From Candidatus Methylomirabilia bacterium (GTDB lineage: Bacteria; Methylomirabilota; Methylomirabilia; Rokubacteriales; CSP1-6), in contig JBGQEL010000036.1 of the NCBI GenBank assembly GCA_041496385.1, positions 1 through 37,815 on the forward strand: a stretch of 37,815 nt of DNA, written 5' to 3'. The stretch's first letter is position 1. Each line of letters opens with the position of its first letter. The position numbers and the translations under genes were made by a program. A model generated the notes under the pieces. It was not told where the DNA came from and did no database searches. It was given only the letters and a program-made list of their open reading frames with translations. This document shows positions 35,696 to 37,815 of this stretch, piece after piece.

Positions 35696-36046
35696 TCAGC
35701 GCCTGGGTCGCTCCCACATCTTCACAGCAGCGTTTCTGAAAACCTTGGCGATGAAGGGCGGCTTGTTGCCGCTGGCAAAGTTGGTCATTCGCCTCACCGC
35801 ATAGGCAAGTATCCGGCCGTTCTCCGGGCCCGTCAGCCCCTTGGGTACCAGCAAGAACGCACGAACAGCAGCCTGAGCAATCGCCCGCCTCTCGGGGAGG
35901 CGATAGCGGATCTTCTCGTCCTTGGACAGAACGATCCAACCGCGCCGCCCCACTTCTTCAATCCATTGGCTGTCTGGTGCGTCAGGGGCGAAATTACCGT
36001 CGTGAGTCTCCACCAGCGCTCCGACAGCACGTAAAGCGTTGGGCAC
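35696..36046 (-). CDS. VapC45-like PIN-domain toxin, possibly degenerate (start uncertain)
   Basis: ALR..G, HD, PD..W, GWIVLSKDEKIRY...E. The frame continues upstream (PPPFTFFVSRELG) to beyond 36115 without ATG/GTG/TTG. Lies directly downstream of the DUF433 gene. Confidence 0.72.
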   Translation of the reverse strand: MPNALRAVGALVETHDGNFAPDAPDSQWIEEVGRRGWIVLSKDEKIRYRLPERRAIAQAAVRAFLLVPKGLTGPENGRILAYAVRRMTNFASGNKPPFIAKVFRNAAVKMWERPRR

Positions 36047-36095
36047 ATCGTGGCTACCCAGCTCTCTCGAGACGAAGAATGTAAAGGGAGGCGGG

Positions 36096-36800
36096 CTAGG
36101 CGCGGCTGGTCTCGCAGCGAATCGCTTCTTCGATCTCTTCGGGCGAGCGCCGATAGTCCTTGGCTAGATGCTCCGTGCCCTCGCCGGCGTGGTACCGCTC
36201 CACGATGGCGCTCGTGGGGATGCCGCTGCCAGCGATGATCGGACGGCCGAACGAAACCCTCGGATCGATGACGATGATCTTCGGCTGGTCGGCGTGGCTT
36301 GGTCGCGTGAACGGAAACAGCCGCGCCGCGATGCCGTGTGGGTCATGCTCGACCCGCCTGAGGTGCGCTTCAAATGCCTCTCGGAGCGCGACCTGGCCGC
36401 CGGCCGAAGCGATGATGAGGCTCCCGAGCTTTTCGATGAACAGATCTATGCCGTCGGTCTGAAACTGCTGTGTCGCAAGCGGGTGCCTGTCACCGAACTG
36501 CGCCTCGACATAGTCCAGGGCCGATCGGACCTTGCGGAGTTTCACCTGGTGAATGTGACGGATCGAGTGAAGCACGTGTGCTTCGACCAGATTGACGAAG
36601 GACAGCAAGCGTACAGGCGATTCCTGCGCAGGCCTGATCAGTCGATGGAAGCGCCGCTGACCACCTTGAACCGGGTAGTCACGCCCGGTCACCCATGACT
36701 TGATCGTGGACGGAGGAATGCGGAGGTAGTGAGAAGCCTCAACGACGGTATAGTTTGGTAACGCCCTGACATCGTTTGGATCGAAGTCCTTAAACCTCAC
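36096..36800 (-). CDS. DUF433 domain antitoxin with N-terminal HTH (VapB45-like)
   Basis: PNYTVVEASHYLRIPPSTI.SW, LSFVNLVEAH, IDPRVSFGRPII.GSGIPT, IEEAIR. GTG at 36800 lies 7 nt after the extended -10 TGtTATAGT (leaderless); alternative start 36809. Confidence 0.9.
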   Translation of the reverse strand: MRFKDFDPNDVRALPNYTVVEASHYLRIPPSTIKSWVTGRDYPVQGGQRRFHRLIRPAQESPVRLLSFVNLVEAHVLHSIRHIHQVKLRKVRSALDYVEAQFGDRHPLATQQFQTDGIDLFIEKLGSLIIASAGGQVALREAFEAHLRRVEHDPHGIAARLFPFTRPSHADQPKIIVIDPRVSFGRPIIAGSGIPTSAIVERYHAGEGTEHLAKDYRRSPEEIEEAIRCETSRA

Positions 36801-36884
36801 GATGCGCACTATAACATCCCCGATCGCGGGAGGCAGCGTGCCCAGATCGATACGTCGCGGCCGAGAGGTTCGCTCCCGCCGAGG

Positions 36885-37373
36885 TCAGCTCTCCGTTGCG
36901 ATGCGAAGAATCACGTCCTGGGCCTGCTGGATGGTCGCATCCGGCCACTTCGGGGTCAGACGCGTGAAGACGTCCTGGATTCGCTCGCCCCGGCTCGTGA
37001 AGAAGCCCCTGCTCAGTTGCGCGGCCGGCTCGATCCGGAACGCGCGGAGGTGCTTCACGACGCCGGTCCATTCGTTTGGCGGCTCGGCGACGGCCAGCAC
37101 CAGGTGGAACGGCGCCCAGTGCTCTTGAGCCGTCCGGAACTTGACCTCGGTGAGCCACCCCTGCGGGCTGTCGGGATCGATCACGAAGAAGTCAGGCATC
37201 GAGCGTAGCCGCAGCGGAGCGATCGCCCGGAAGCGCTCAGCGTCGGCGTTGCGGAGCTCGCGCACGACCCGCTCGATGCCCAGCAGGATGACCTGGTAGC
37301 CGGCGTCCACGAGCAGCACGTCGATGACCGTGGCGACCAGGTGACCGGACAGGGCGGCGTCCAGCGGAAACAC
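36885..37373 (-). CDS. Hypothetical protein with PD-(D/E)xK nuclease-like motif
   Basis: MPDFFVID...TEVKFR, with a preceding helix and AGYQV..GIE. Start uncertain (GTG 37373 or 37454). Confidence 0.6.
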   Translation of the reverse strand: MFPLDAALSGHLVATVIDVLLVDAGYQVILLGIERVVRELRNADAERFRAIAPLRLRSMPDFFVIDPDSPQGWLTEVKFRTAQEHWAPFHLVLAVAEPPNEWTGVVKHLRAFRIEPAAQLSRGFFTSRGERIQDVFTRLTPKWPDATIQQAQDVILRIATES

Positions 37374-37596
37374 GGCTAGCCTGCCACCCGGGGACGATGA
37401 AGCCGGGCACACGAGTGTTGCTCGGTCGGCACGGCATGAAGATAGACCGGGCACCGGGCGAACTGTCTACTATTATGGACAGGACATGCCCGGATCGCGT
37501 CGGCGCGATGGCAATGGGAAGGGTGCTGTTGCAACCCGTAGTTCAGATCACGGGCGGTCTGCCACCCTGGGCCTCGAAGCCAAACTCTGGACGGCC

Positions 37597-37686
37597 TACA
37601 CCACCTGGTGGCTCGCCAATATCAACCTCGCCATCCGTGGCATCGACGCGCAGATTGCCCACGGCGACACCTTCCACAGCGACCAC
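37597..37686 (+). pseudogene. hsdM: Fragment of a type I restriction-modification methyltransferase subunit (HsdM)
   Basis: Translates as [30 protein letters not shown], matching the HsdM segment (GQESN)xTTWRLAKMNLAIRGI...GDTFHND. Flanking in-frame sequence is unrelated. Confidence 0.75.
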
Positions 37687-37815
37687 GGCCTAGCAGCCCG
37701 TGGTGGAAGTCATCGCGGTGAGCAAGTTGCGGCGAGAGAGACGGATGAGATTCCGTCGCGAGATAGTGATCGTGGGACATCGATGCACCTCACCGAGGTC
37801 GCTCGGAACGCGGCG

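Noticed and set aside
37783..37815. Possible start of a Phd/YefM-like antitoxin ([11 protein letters not shown])
   Set aside because: Only 11 codons are visible before the window ends, too little to support a call.

Overview
Very high-GC bacterial DNA that is densely coding. The abundance of Dpp/Opp-type ABC transporters and hydantoinase/amidohydrolase genes resembles Ca. Rokubacteria/Methylomirabilota, but this is inference from style only. Most of the window is solute uptake and catabolism. (i) A minus-strand unit: ketopantoate-reductase-like gene, atypical M28 hydrolase, dppABC (1-6137). (ii) A divergent plus-strand unit: hydantoinase/oxoprolinase A+B, lipoprotein serine hydrolase, amidohydrolase, Tat SBP, dppBC (6289-15838), then a class II aldolase and an SDR. 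(iii) A minus-strand dppABCD, DUF917, hydantoinase-A operon (25618-32730), whose likely partner ATPase sits on the opposite strand behind a core MetE-like gene. (iv) An acyl-CoA synthetase and an acyl-CoA dehydrogenase. The best candidate for an undescribed system is a stand-alone two-gene unit (20573-23599). It pairs a signal-less M4-like zinc peptidase with a ComEC-like MBL-fold hydrolase carrying two large insertions, which suggests a protease-activated nuclease. A second protease-nuclease pair (clan AA aspartic protease + Uma2) lies close by. Other observations: two well-supported CTG start codons, several probable leaderless genes, a GTAG-type REPIN-like repeat, a hairpin over the hydantoinase A/B junction, and a lower-GC right end. 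That end holds a DUF433/VapC45-like TA pair whose toxin looks degenerate, a PD-(D/E)xK-like ORF and an hsdM relic. No rRNA, tRNA, CRISPR array or transposase was seen. All calls come from reading motifs by eye; no database search was run.
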